DNA of 41,537 nt from Polyangiales bacterium (GCA_045106895.1 JBGCFM010000090.1:1-41537); one strand, 5' to 3'; positions 1 through 9,357 are shown, numbered from the stretch's first letter. Program-made: numbers and translations. The notes: generated by a model from the letters alone, not told the origin.

Positions 1-920
1 TGCTCGAGCTGCTTGTCGAAGGTGGCGCGAGGCAAAGGCGTGCGGCTATCGTTTTGGGGCGTGTCCGGTAGCGCCATGAAGAACGCGTCGCTGGAGTCAC
101 GCAGACGGCGAGGGAGCGCCGTGTCCCCGTCGTTTGCGGCCAGCGCCGCCTCTGCGTCACGTGCCAAGCGCTCCACGCGTCCCGTTGAAATCTGTGTGCC
201 AAAGAAGAGCGTGGCGATGTCTTCGATCTGGTGGGCTTCGTCGAAAACCACGGCGTCGTAGTCCGGCAGTACCTGGCCGCCGAAGGGGCCGCGCATGGCG
301 AGGTCCGCGAAGAAGAGGTGGTGGTTGACGATGATGAGCTGCGCCGCTTCCGCCTCTCGGCGCATCTTCGTGACGAAGCAGCTCTCGTGGTAGGTGCACT
401 TCGCGCCGATGCGGGTGTCGGAGCCGGACTGCACGTAGCTCCAGATCGCGGCGCCCTCTTCCAGGTCTTCGAGGTCGCTTCGGTCGCCGCTTGGGCTCAC
501 CTCGCGCCAGTCTTGAACGATGGGCAGCTGCCGCGACAAGGGAGGAACACCGGCGACGGCGCTGCGTTTGAATTCCTCGAAGCGCCGAAGGCAAAGGTAG
601 TTCGACAAGCCCTTCATGCACGCCGCGCGAACGGGCACGCCAAGGTGGCGTTCGAGGAGCGGCAGGTCGTGCTCCATGATCTGGTCTTGGAGCGCGCGGG
701 TTCCCGTCGAGATGACGATGCGCTGACCGCTCATGAGCGCGGGCACAAGGTAGGCGAGGGTTTTGCCGGTGCCCGTGCCGGCTTCGACGAGGGAGATTCC
801 TCCATGCTCAAAGGCATCTTCGACGGCGTCGGCCATGGCCATCTGGCTAGGCCTGTGCTCATAGCCCTTGAGCGCTTTGGCGAGGGGACCCCGAGGACCC
901 AGGTAATCGGACGAGCGCAC
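1..920 (-). CDS. ATP-dependent DNA helicase, DinG/YoaA family (5' part; runs off the window start)
   Basis: Manual translation of the minus strand from GTG at 920 gives MRSSDYLGPRGPLAKALKGYEHRPSQMAMA (Q motif), VEAGTGTGKTLAYLVP (Walker A), KGLSNYLCLRR and VVFDEAHQIED (DEAH). It is missing from the ORF track because there is no stop inside the window. Confidence 0.95.
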   Translation of the reverse strand, partial: MRSSDYLGPRGPLAKALKGYEHRPSQMAMADAVEDAFEHGGISLVEAGTGTGKTLAYLVPALMSGQRIVISTGTRALQDQIMEHDLPLLERHLGVPVRAACMKGLSNYLCLRRFEEFKRSAVAGVPPLSRQLPIVQDWREVSPSGDRSDLEDLEEGAAIWSYVQSGSDTRIGAKCTYHESCFVTKMRREAEAAQLIIVNHHLFFADLAMRGPFGGQVLPDYDAVVFDEAHQIEDIATLFFGTQISTGRVERLARDAEAALAANDGDTALPRRLRDSSDAFFMALPDTPQNDSRTPLPRATFDKQLE

Positions 921-996
921 GCCTCTGCCTAACCCATCCCCGATCGCGAGCAAAGCGACGCTTCCCTTGGGCCCGGGCGCCTCCTACACTTCGGGC

Positions 997-2298
997 GTGC
1001 GCCGATTTGTCGTGGTGGGTCTATGGCTCTGTCTTGCTTGTTCGGGGTCCGAAGAGACTCATGAAGAGCCGCCGGAAGAGCCCCAAACGCCGGCGGAACC
1101 CGCGACGGCACGAAACGGCCGAGCGCCGGACCCGGACGATGACCCTCTCGCGGGTCTCGACGACCCGGACCTGATCACGGACACGCCGGATGGCGTTGTG
1201 CAGCGCGCGCCCGGAGAGGTCCCTGCGAATGGCTGCGCGACCTTTGGCGAGCAAGCGCTCCGCGTTTGGCCAAACGCCGGAATGGCGGACATCGTCGCCG
1301 TGGGTGACGATGGGTTTGCCATCGCAGGCTACGCCACGGGCGGCTCTGGTGAAGAGGTCTTCGCGCTGACCATCACGCCCGGCGGAGCGCCGCGCCCTCT
1401 GCTTCGTGAGCTTCTTGAGCGCCCGCTTCAGACGCCCCGTGTGGCGCCGCCGGGCCTCGGCGCCATCGACAGCGGTCACGTCGGAATCGCCATCAGCGAC
1501 TTGGGCGCGCGAGTTCTCTTCGACGTGATTCAGCTCGGAGGCCGCCGGCTCGGATTTCGCGAAGTCGGAGACGGTGCGGACCAACGTTTCTCGCCGGCTG
1601 TCGCCTCCACGGGAAGCGCACGCGTCGTGGCCTACACGGATGGCAGCAGCGAACTGACCCGCGTTTGGGCTGTGACCATCGACGGCGCAGGCCGAGTGAC
1701 GGGCCGGCATGACATCACGCCTGCCAGCGCCACGGCTCGCGCGCCTCTTTGGATCGAGCCGAGCAATATGGTCATCGTCGACGCCCGCGAAGGGACGTCG
1801 ACGATCTGGAACCAAGCGTTTCTTCCGAGCGGCTCGCCGGACGGCGACGCGACTGTTTTTGCAGCGGTGGCGAACACCTACGATCCTATCCAGTGGGCGA
1901 CGGCGCCTGCCGCCACGGGTCATGCCCTGTCCTTTGTTGCCGTGGGCCGTGCTGCGAAAACCGCTGTTGGCACCATCACCACGGAAGACCCCACGCCGCG
2001 ACCGGTCGTTCCTTCAGAAGGCTACGGCTCTCTGTCCACGGACCTCGCCGCCAGCGAGCACTCTTTGGTTTTTGTCGCCGATGCGCCTCTTGGCGAGGAG
2101 CGGGACTCCCGCCGTGAGGTCCGCGTGCGCCGCGCGTCCAACTCAAGTCCAGACGCGCTCGGCGAAGTGCTCACGCTCCGCGGACCCGACGGCAGCGCGC
2201 ATCACGCGCGCATCGCTCGGCGCGGTGATGACTATGCCGTGGTCTTTGGAAGTGGCGACGGCGTGTACGTGCATTTTCTCCGCTGCGACGAGTCATGA
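997..2298 (+). CDS. Hypothetical lipoprotein with a beta-rich extracytoplasmic domain
   Basis: Long ORF. GTG at 997 gives MRRFVVVGLWLCLAC (lipobox-like), then an acidic Pro-rich linker and repeated beta-strand segments. ATGA overlap with the next gene. Confidence 0.75.
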   Translation: MRRFVVVGLWLCLACSGSEETHEEPPEEPQTPAEPATARNGRAPDPDDDPLAGLDDPDLITDTPDGVVQRAPGEVPANGCATFGEQALRVWPNAGMADIVAVGDDGFAIAGYATGGSGEEVFALTITPGGAPRPLLRELLERPLQTPRVAPPGLGAIDSGHVGIAISDLGARVLFDVIQLGGRRLGFREVGDGADQRFSPAVASTGSARVVAYTDGSSELTRVWAVTIDGAGRVTGRHDITPASATARAPLWIEPSNMVIVDAREGTSTIWNQAFLPSGSPDGDATVFAAVANTYDPIQWATAPAATGHALSFVAVGRAAKTAVGTITTEDPTPRPVVPSEGYGSLSTDLAASEHSLVFVADAPLGEERDSRREVRVRRASNSSPDALGEVLTLRGPDGSAHHARIARRGDDYAVVFGSGDGVYVHFLRCDES

Positions 2299-2942
2299 AG
2301 ATCCTCGAAGGGACCGAAGCGAAGGCGGAGGCGACGCCCGCGGAGATCGCCGATGCGCTTGAGGCCCTTCAAAAGCGCGGCGAGCGTGAGGCGTTGCGCG
2401 CGCGCTTGGGATGCGCGCTAACGGTCATCGGTGTCCTGGTGAGCGGCGTGCTCTTGTACCTTGGGCAGTACTACATTCTTGGTGTCGAGGGCCTCGCAGT
2501 CCTCCTCATCTACCACTACGCGACGAGTCTCGACCCAGAGCTCGCGGACGACCCACGACTCGAGTTCGCCGTGGCCCTCATGAGAGCCTTCGAAGCTCAT
2601 CCAAAGGTGGGGGATGAGCTAAACTTCTGGATGGAGCTCAACGCCTACGACATGGAGATTCCCGATGAGCGCAGTACCATCGATGCGGGCTGCGTTCGCT
2701 CGATGTGGAAGCAAGATTGGTTTCGCTGCACCTTCGACTGGGGCGAGCGGGAACGAACCCTCGAGATCCGCCTAGAAGCGGTCCAAGAGCAGGATGGAAT
2801 CCAGGTCGCGAAGTCCACGGAGACACACTTTCTAACGCTGAGACCGGGAAAAGGCGCGCTTGAGAGCGATGGAATACCCGATCCAACGACTACGATAACC
2901 TGGCTTCGAGATCATCTAACGCCTCGCGCCGATGTCCGTTAA
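2295..2942 (+). CDS. Hypothetical membrane protein (2 TM helices)
   Basis: ATGA-coupled to the upstream gene. Hydrophobic hairpin LTVIGVLVSGVLLYLG / YYILGVEGLAVLLIYHY. Confidence 0.7.
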   Translation: MKILEGTEAKAEATPAEIADALEALQKRGEREALRARLGCALTVIGVLVSGVLLYLGQYYILGVEGLAVLLIYHYATSLDPELADDPRLEFAVALMRAFEAHPKVGDELNFWMELNAYDMEIPDERSTIDAGCVRSMWKQDWFRCTFDWGERERTLEIRLEAVQEQDGIQVAKSTETHFLTLRPGKGALESDGIPDPTTTITWLRDHLTPRADVR

Positions 2943-2966
2943 ACTCGCCTCCAGGTCTCATATCCC

Positions 2967-3011
2967 TCACTCTAGGAGCTGTGCCTTTGGTGCAAATGGG
3001 CCCTAGAGTGA
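2967..3011. repeat. Intergenic inverted repeat (10-bp perfect arms, 25-nt spacer)
   Basis: TCACTCTAGG (2967-2976) and CCTAGAGTGA (3002-3011) are exact reverse complements. Confidence 0.7.
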
Positions 3012-3081
3012 ATGGACAAGGCGTGGAGAAACACCTCGTACGCCGATCTGTTTAGCCAACAATCGCGTACAAGAAGAGGGT

Positions 3082-4716
3082 ATGGGCGCCAAGCCAGTCA
3101 GCTATACGAAGTGGGATTCCGATGTGACGGGGCGCGAAATGCCGCCGCCGTCCCTCGACGGGTACACGGTCGTTGGCGAGGTGGGCCGCGGGTCGATGGG
3201 CCACGTGTATGAGGCGACGTCCGACGAGCGAGGCATCTCCGTCGCCATCAAAGTGCTGAACCTCTTCTCTGAAGGCACCGAGATGGCCGTCGAACGTTTT
3301 CGGCGAGAGGTCACCGTCGGAGGCCGCATTGGGCATCCGGGAATTCCCACCGTCTACGATTCTGGGCGCCTGCCCGATGGGCGCTTCTTTTTGGTCATGG
3401 AGCTCCTCCGAGGTTTCGATCTCGAAGACTGGTGGGAGGAGCCCGGGCATACGCGCGCCGAAGCCCTCGACATCATCTGCGAAGCGCTTGCGCCCCTCGC
3501 CGCGGCACATCAACACGGCGTGGTTCACCGCGACCTCAAACCCGAGAACATTTTCGTCGAAGACAGTGGCACCGTCCGACTGTTCGACTTTGGCGTCGCG
3601 CGCGATCCGGATGCGAGCCAGAACATGAGAACGGCCACCGGCATCTCCGTCGGAACACCTGTGTACATGAGCCCCGAACAGGCGACGAAGCCGACGGAAG
3701 TCGACTCGCGTGCAGACGTTTGGTCCGTGGGCGTCATGCTCTACGAAGCGCTCTGCGGTGAGTTGCCATTCGACGGCGAGAGCCCTCACGCGGTGATCCT
3801 GCATGCCTGCACACAAGAACCCGCGCCGCTCCACGAGCGCGTCCCGGAGGTTCATGAAGACGTCCGCGCCCTCGTGAATAAGTGCCTGCAAAAAGACCCC
3901 AGTCAGCGACCTGCGAACGGCGGCGCACTCCACGCCTCGCTCGCCGCGCTGCTTCAGCGTGATGACGTTCGTGACTCCCTTGTTGGGCCCGCTGCGGCGC
4001 CTTCGTTCCGCCTGAGTCACAGCACCGCGCCGACGCAAATGAAACAGGATGTCGTCGTCCGCGCAGCGCCGCCGGTCTTGGACAGCGACAGCAGCGACGA
4101 AGACGAGAGCTTAGAGCCCGCGCCTTCCTCTCGTAAGTTCATGGTGTTCGCGATGGTTGGCCTCGCCGCCGCCGCGCTCGCCGGAGTCATGATGGCTCGT
4201 ATGGGGAAACTTGAGACGGCGCATGCGCCGGACATCCCAGCCGCGACGAGCGACGAAACCCCCACAAACTTCGCGACGCCGCCGGAAGCCGAGGCGGGGT
4301 TGCCCACTGGGCTGGAAGAGCCAGAGATCGAGCCGGAGGACGAGATCGTCGAAGAAGTCGCAGACGCGCCGGAAGAAGAAACCGCGCGTCCCGAACCACG
4401 AGTCCGGCCTGCGCGACGTGCGCGAACGCCTGCGGAGCTACAGGAACCAGAAGTGTCTCCCGAGCCCGAGCCCGAGGCCGCCGAGCCCGAGGCCGCCGAG
4501 CCCGTGCCCGCCGAGGCCGCCGAGCCCGAGGTCTCCCCTGAGCCCGTCGCGATGGTCGAGACCCCCCCGGTGACGGAGCCAGCTCAAACAGCGATGCGTG
4601 CGCCTGAGCCCACCCCAACGACGCGCCCGGTCACGATGCGGCCCCGCATGCGTCCTACGATGCGCACCCGACCGACCGAGATGGCTCCTGAGCGCCCCGG
4701 TTTTGTTACGTTCTAG
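3082..4716 (+). CDS. Membrane-anchored Hanks-type Ser/Thr protein kinase (Pkn2-like)
   Basis: GRGSMG, VAIK, HRDLKPEN, DFG, GTPVYMSPEQ and DVWSVG motifs; one TM helix (FMVFAMVGLAAAALAGVMMA); Pro/Glu-rich C-terminal tail. Confidence 0.95.
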   Translation: MGAKPVSYTKWDSDVTGREMPPPSLDGYTVVGEVGRGSMGHVYEATSDERGISVAIKVLNLFSEGTEMAVERFRREVTVGGRIGHPGIPTVYDSGRLPDGRFFLVMELLRGFDLEDWWEEPGHTRAEALDIICEALAPLAAAHQHGVVHRDLKPENIFVEDSGTVRLFDFGVARDPDASQNMRTATGISVGTPVYMSPEQATKPTEVDSRADVWSVGVMLYEALCGELPFDGESPHAVILHACTQEPAPLHERVPEVHEDVRALVNKCLQKDPSQRPANGGALHASLAALLQRDDVRDSLVGPAAAPSFRLSHSTAPTQMKQDVVVRAAPPVLDSDSSDEDESLEPAPSSRKFMVFAMVGLAAAALAGVMMARMGKLETAHAPDIPAATSDETPTNFATPPEAEAGLPTGLEEPEIEPEDEIVEEVADAPEEETARPEPRVRPARRARTPAELQEPEVSPEPEPEAAEPEAAEPVPAEAAEPEVSPEPVAMVETPPVTEPAQTAMRAPEPTPTTRPVTMRPRMRPTMRTRPTEMAPERPGFVTF

Positions 4717-4734
4717 CGAGTCTTGTTCGAGCCT

Positions 4735-6024
4735 ATGAAATTCCTATCTGCCGTCCTCTTCGGCGTCCTTCTCTTCGTCACTCTTCTCGTCCCGAGCGCT
4801 GCCTCAGCGTCTCCTTGGACCTTGCACCGGGGTGAGATCGCACTCGTCGCGGGCTACGACTACCAGTTCGCCCGGCAGGAGTTTCTCGAGCGAGGCGAAC
4901 GTCAGAACTTTCCCCTCGAGGGCCGCTACTCCGCGTCGACGCTCAACTTAGGCTTGCGCGCTGGGTTCACGGACCGCCTCGAGTTCGGAGTCGAGCTGCC
5001 GTTGAAGCTGGTGAGCTACACCTCGGACCCAGTAATTTTGCTCGCCGATCCAAGCATGGCGATGAGCTCCCTGGACTACTACCAGGAGAACATTATCGAC
5101 CTGAGCCGGACGCGTCAGGGCATCGGCGATATCTGGCTGAGCGGTCGCTACAATCTACTTCGCACCGCCCTCGCGCTGGCGATCGAAGCGCGAATTAAGA
5201 TCCCCGCTGGCTATGACGGCCCCCAGGGAACCTTTGGCGACCAGCCGGCCACCATCGCAGACTTCACGGCGCGCGTCGGCGAGCTTGTGAGCCCAGAGAA
5301 CGTCAGCGATGACGTCGCGCTGGGTGATGGTCAGGTGGACCTCAACGTCAACTTCCTCCTCGGCACGAGCTTCCGAAGCCGAACGTTCATGCGTCTCGAT
5401 GCAGGCTACAACTACCGCCTCGGCGCCGGCGACCAAGTGCTCGCGTCCTTCAAGATTGGCCAAGGCCTCGGCCAACGCGTGCTCCTCTATGCCGACGTTC
5501 GTTTCGCCTACACGGTGACCGAAGGCGAGCGCATCGGCGTCAGCGTCGCAGCCATCGACCCGAACGTACCTGCGGCGGACTACGGCGGTCTCGACAACCT
5601 TCGCCTCCGCGAACTGCGACTCGAGCGTGATGCCGTCGATATTAGCTTCGGCGGCATCGTCCGCATCGGCGAACGCTCCGAGCTCAACATGGGCTACGCC
5701 CGCACCGTGTGGGGGCGAAACACCGCGGCGGTGAACGCGTTCTTCATTGGCATCGGCGTTCGCACGGACGTCGAACAGGAGCAGCCGGCTTCGCCCGAGC
5801 CGGAAGAAACCTACGAAGAAGAGGAGTACGAAGAGGAAGCCTACGAAGAGGACGAGACGTACGAAGCGCCGGCGGCCACACCAGAGCCGGAGGTCGTCCC
5901 AAGCGAGGCCGTCGTCGGTGAGTCGGCCCAGTTGGATTCGCCTTCGGCGGGACCAGAATCGTCTTCCTCTGCCTCCTCTGCTTCTTCTTCAGCGTCCTCG
6001 GAGCTCGACTCCGGCGCCAACTGA
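4735..6024 (+). CDS. Secreted protein, probable outer-membrane beta-barrel (transporter-like) with an acidic low-complexity tail
   Basis: Signal peptide MKFLSAVLFG...ASA|SP; alternating-hydrophobic strands (GIGDIWLSGRYNL, LALAIEARIKIP, FFIGIGVR); E/S-rich tail. The family assignment is inference. Confidence 0.7.
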   Translation: MKFLSAVLFGVLLFVTLLVPSAASASPWTLHRGEIALVAGYDYQFARQEFLERGERQNFPLEGRYSASTLNLGLRAGFTDRLEFGVELPLKLVSYTSDPVILLADPSMAMSSLDYYQENIIDLSRTRQGIGDIWLSGRYNLLRTALALAIEARIKIPAGYDGPQGTFGDQPATIADFTARVGELVSPENVSDDVALGDGQVDLNVNFLLGTSFRSRTFMRLDAGYNYRLGAGDQVLASFKIGQGLGQRVLLYADVRFAYTVTEGERIGVSVAAIDPNVPAADYGGLDNLRLRELRLERDAVDISFGGIVRIGERSELNMGYARTVWGRNTAAVNAFFIGIGVRTDVEQEQPASPEPEETYEEEEYEEEAYEEDETYEAPAATPEPEVVPSEAVVGESAQLDSPSAGPESSSSASSASSSASSELDSGAN

Positions 6025-6767
6025 TCTTCCGTCGGGTGCGGCATGAGCGGCTCAAGAATGCCGCTTCCAGGAGGGTCGCCCACGAGAAGTCCTTGGGCGA
6101 GCAAGAAGAGCAAAACGGGCACTAGCGTCACGACGAGGCTCATCCCGGGTGTGCATCCGGCTGCGTAACGTGCCGCCGCATGAAGGCTGATGAAGAGCAG
6201 AATGAACGGGACCAACATGGCCCCGAGGAACACGAACTCGCCGTAACCATCGAGGCTCGGCAGCGCCCACATAGCCAGCATGGCGCCGAGACCAAAGGGA
6301 CTGCTGAAGGGGGCAAGCCATGAACGATAGAGGACGGCTCGAAGAGCAGCCCGGCTCGGGGACGCTGCTCCGTCACGAGGTCGACCGAACGCGTTGCAGA
6401 GGCTCACAAATGCGGCGCTCATCAGACAGTAGCTGGCGCCCATGGCGATGAGCGCCAGGCCCATTGCGCGCAGCACGTCGAGGGCAATGTTGCCTTCGCG
6501 TACGGTGAGGGAGAAAGAGAAGCCGAAGGTCAGGTGGTGCGTGTAGGGGATCACGCCGGAGGCGAGGGTGAGGGGAAGCCCGACGAGCAACGCGAAGACC
6601 ACCGCGGGGCGCAGCGCACTACTTCGTGCGAGGGCTGGCGCGTGACGGATGGGGCCGAAGCCTTGCAGGAGCGTGCCTGGGATGCCCACAAGAGGGCGCT
6701 CGTCGGAGGGCACTCCGGGGCCATCTTCGAGAGGAGGGACCTCGTCGATTGGGTGTTCGTCGTTCAT
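5841..6767 (-). CDS. Hypothetical multi-pass membrane protein (about 5 TM, Yip1-like topology)
   Basis: ATG at 6767 (MNDEHP), 13 nt after the stop of the upstream minus-strand gene; several long hydrophobic segments. The 3' end overlaps the convergent gene. Confidence 0.7.
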   Translation of the reverse strand: MNDEHPIDEVPPLEDGPGVPSDERPLVGIPGTLLQGFGPIRHAPALARSSALRPAVVFALLVGLPLTLASGVIPYTHHLTFGFSFSLTVREGNIALDVLRAMGLALIAMGASYCLMSAAFVSLCNAFGRPRDGAASPSRAALRAVLYRSWLAPFSSPFGLGAMLAMWALPSLDGYGEFVFLGAMLVPFILLFISLHAAARYAAGCTPGMSLVVTLVPVLLFLLAQGLLVGDPPGSGILEPLMPHPTEDQLAPESSSEDAEEEAEEAEEDDSGPAEGESNWADSPTTASLGTTSGSGVAAGASYVSSSS

Positions 6768-6780
6768 CCGCCGGTTTCGA

Positions 6781-7287
6781 TTAGGGTTGGAGCGTAAAGA
6801 CGCTGGTGATCTCGTGGGGTCGCGCGCCTTCGGGCGCGCAGCTCTCAACGACGAAGCGGTAGGTCCCAGGAGCCAATGCGTCGCCGCCGCACTGGGCGGC
6901 GCTGGTGGTTAGAGGAGGCGCGCTCAGCTCCGCGCCGACGGCCAAGGTCACGCACTCGCCGGACACTTCTTGGCAGTCCACGCGGAGCTTGTACTCCGCA
7001 TCGGCGGACTCCCAGCTCTCCCCGCTCTGCCGCTCGATGCGGACGTTGCGGCGAAGCTCGACGGCGTCATCGCCGGTGGCACGAACCCGAAGGGCGACTC
7101 CATCATCCGGCACGCTCTGCAAGTCGATGACGGGCGCCGGCGCTGGGTCGATGGGCGTCTCCGCTGGAGCTTCTGCTTCTTGAGCGACCTCGCCCGCCGT
7201 CTCGCTGGAAGAAGGCTGTGGGGTCGGGGCTGTCTCCGCGTCACGGGATCCGCAGGCCGCGAAGAGAATGATCACCAGAAGACGCAT
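6781..7287 (-). CDS. Hypothetical lipoprotein with a Cys-containing Ig-like beta domain
   Basis: MRLLVIILFAAC lipobox; four further Cys; C-terminal LAPGTYRFVVE strand motif. Starts 2 nt after the DsbA gene stop. Confidence 0.75.
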   Translation of the reverse strand: MRLLVIILFAACGSRDAETAPTPQPSSSETAGEVAQEAEAPAETPIDPAPAPVIDLQSVPDDGVALRVRATGDDAVELRRNVRIERQSGESWESADAEYKLRVDCQEVSGECVTLAVGAELSAPPLTTSAAQCGGDALAPGTYRFVVESCAPEGARPHEITSVFTLQP

Positions 7288-7289
7288 GG

Positions 7290-9281
7290 TTAGCGCGCCA
7301 GCTCGCGGTCGATGGCTACGCGGAACGCCTCGAAGGGTTGTGCGCCTTGGACCAAGCGTCCGTTGATGAAGAACGAAGGCGTCCCGATACGTGCGCCGGA
7401 AGTTCGGACGGCGGCGATGTCGGCGTCGACGAGGGCGCGGTGGGTACGGCCATCGAGGGCGGCGCGGAAGCGCGCCATGTCGATGCCGCCTGCTTGCTGC
7501 GCGTAGGCTTCAAGCTCTGCGCGCCCGAGGGAGCGCTGATTGGCGAAGAGCAGGTCGTGATACGCCCAGAAACCAGCGTCACCGCGCTGCGCGTAGACCT
7601 CCATCGCCGCTTCCGCCGCGAGTGGTGCGTCTTGGTGGAAAGGCAGCGGGTAGTTGCGCCACACGAAGCGAACTTGGTTGCCGTACTGCTGCATGATGCG
7701 CTCCACCGTGGGCAGCACGCGGGAGCAGAAGGGGCACTGGAAGTCGCTGAACGTCTGAATGACGATGCGCGCGTTGCGCGGTCCACGGGAGGGGGCCGAC
7801 GCGGGCACGGGGATGCCGTAGTCACGCTCCGCGTCTGGGCCAGGAGGCGCCGCGGCGCTTGGTGGCGGAGTGGGAGGTGCGTTCAGTCCGCTCCCCACCA
7901 TGGCATCGTAGATGTTCGCGCGGGGAGTACCGCTTGCGATGGCTGCTCGAGCCCGAGCCATCTCCTCGTCGATCACAGGGATGAAGGCCGCGGCCGGTTG
8001 AGCGCCGCGAACGTTGCGTCCGTTGACGAAGGAAGAGGGAGTGCCGCGTGCGCCAAGGCGTCGTGCCAAGGCTGCCTGTGCTTCGATGGTCTGCTGGTGC
8101 TCGTTGTTGTCGAGGGCTGCACGAAACATCGTCATGTCGAGGCCGATCTCTTGCGCGTAGCGTTCAAGATCGCTTCGCTCAAGAGCGCGCTGGTTGGCAA
8201 AGAGACGCTGGTGATAGGCCCAGAACTGAGCATCACCCCCTTGGTCGAAGGCTTCGAGGGCCGCCTGCGCTGCTGGCATCGCGTTCTGATGAAAGGGCAA
8301 CGGGTTGTTCATCCACACGATGCGGAGGTCGTTGGGGTAACGCTGCAAAAGCTCGTCGAAGCTCGGCTCGAGGCGCGAGCAGAAGGGACACTGAAAGTCC
8401 GAGAAGACGACGATGGAGACGAGGGCGTTTGCCGCTCCACGCGCTGGCAGTGAGCCCGTGAGAGGCACGTTGTACACCGCCGACGGGTCCGGCTCGTTGC
8501 GTCGCGGGGTGGGTGCACTTGGGGGCGCGGCTGGAGTCGGAGAGTCGGAGGCGTGCTGCATGAGCGCGGCATAAGCGTTGCCCGGAGCGGCGCCGTTCGC
8601 GATGACAAAGTCCGCCGCCGCCGTTGCTCGCTCGATGGCCGCCACAAACGCCTCGAAGGGCTGAGCGCCCATGAGCTGCTCGCCGTTGACCACGAATCCA
8701 GGGGTTCCGCGAACGCCAACGCGTCCTGCCAGGGCGATGTCCGCCTCGATGCTTGCGTCGTGCGCGCCGCCAAGCGCTGCGAACACGCCCTGGGGGTCGA
8801 GACCGAGCTCGCCGCCGTAGCGCCGAAGGTCCTCGTCGGTGAGCGCGCGCTGATTCATAAAGAGCAGGTCGTGGGCGGCCCAGAAGCCCTCGTCGCCGCG
8901 CTGTCGAAAGGCCTCCATGGCGAGCGCCGCGGCAGGCTTCGCGTGCTCATGAAATGGAAGCGGCAGGTTTCGCCATACGACTCGGACGCTGTCGCCGTAT
9001 GTCTGCATGACGCGGTCGAGCGTGGGCCTCACGCGCGCGCAGAAGGGACACTGGAAGTCCGAGAAGACGACGATGGTCACCTTCGCATCCGCCGGTCCGC
9101 GTGAAGGTTCGGTACCAGCGACGGGGACGCGCAGTCGCACCACTTCGTCCGTCGGCGCCGGACCCGTGTAGGCCGGGGCGGCCAAGCGCGCGTTCGTCAC
9201 ATCCACGGGCGCCGCCACGATGGGTGAGGAAGACCCGCAAGCGGCCGCAAAAGCGAGGGCAACAATACTGAGGCGTTTCAT
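7290..9281 (-). CDS. Lipoprotein with three tandem DsbA/thioredoxin-fold domains
   Basis: ATG at 9281 gives MKRLSIVALAFAAAC; three FSDFQCPFC motifs (about 9039-9050, 8379-8390, 7725-7736), each followed by a (L/N/Y)PLPFH and a GTP cis-Pro loop. Confidence 0.92.
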   Translation of the reverse strand: MKRLSIVALAFAAACGSSSPIVAAPVDVTNARLAAPAYTGPAPTDEVVRLRVPVAGTEPSRGPADAKVTIVVFSDFQCPFCARVRPTLDRVMQTYGDSVRVVWRNLPLPFHEHAKPAAALAMEAFRQRGDEGFWAAHDLLFMNQRALTDEDLRRYGGELGLDPQGVFAALGGAHDASIEADIALAGRVGVRGTPGFVVNGEQLMGAQPFEAFVAAIERATAAADFVIANGAAPGNAYAALMQHASDSPTPAAPPSAPTPRRNEPDPSAVYNVPLTGSLPARGAANALVSIVVFSDFQCPFCSRLEPSFDELLQRYPNDLRIVWMNNPLPFHQNAMPAAQAALEAFDQGGDAQFWAYHQRLFANQRALERSDLERYAQEIGLDMTMFRAALDNNEHQQTIEAQAALARRLGARGTPSSFVNGRNVRGAQPAAAFIPVIDEEMARARAAIASGTPRANIYDAMVGSGLNAPPTPPPSAAAPPGPDAERDYGIPVPASAPSRGPRNARIVIQTFSDFQCPFCSRVLPTVERIMQQYGNQVRFVWRNYPLPFHQDAPLAAEAAMEVYAQRGDAGFWAYHDLLFANQRSLGRAELEAYAQQAGGIDMARFRAALDGRTHRALVDADIAAVRTSGARIGTPSFFINGRLVQGAQPFEAFRVAIDRELAR

Positions 9282-9357
9282 GCCACCGCTATACGCTGGC
9301 CTCCGTGATATCTCAACGCCCTCGACTTGGGTATTCTCCGCGCACAAAGGAGCAAGA

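Noticed and set aside
231..932. 233-aa plus-strand ORF from the track
   Set aside because: Antisense shadow of the DinG/YoaA helicase, whose motifs are clear on the minus strand.
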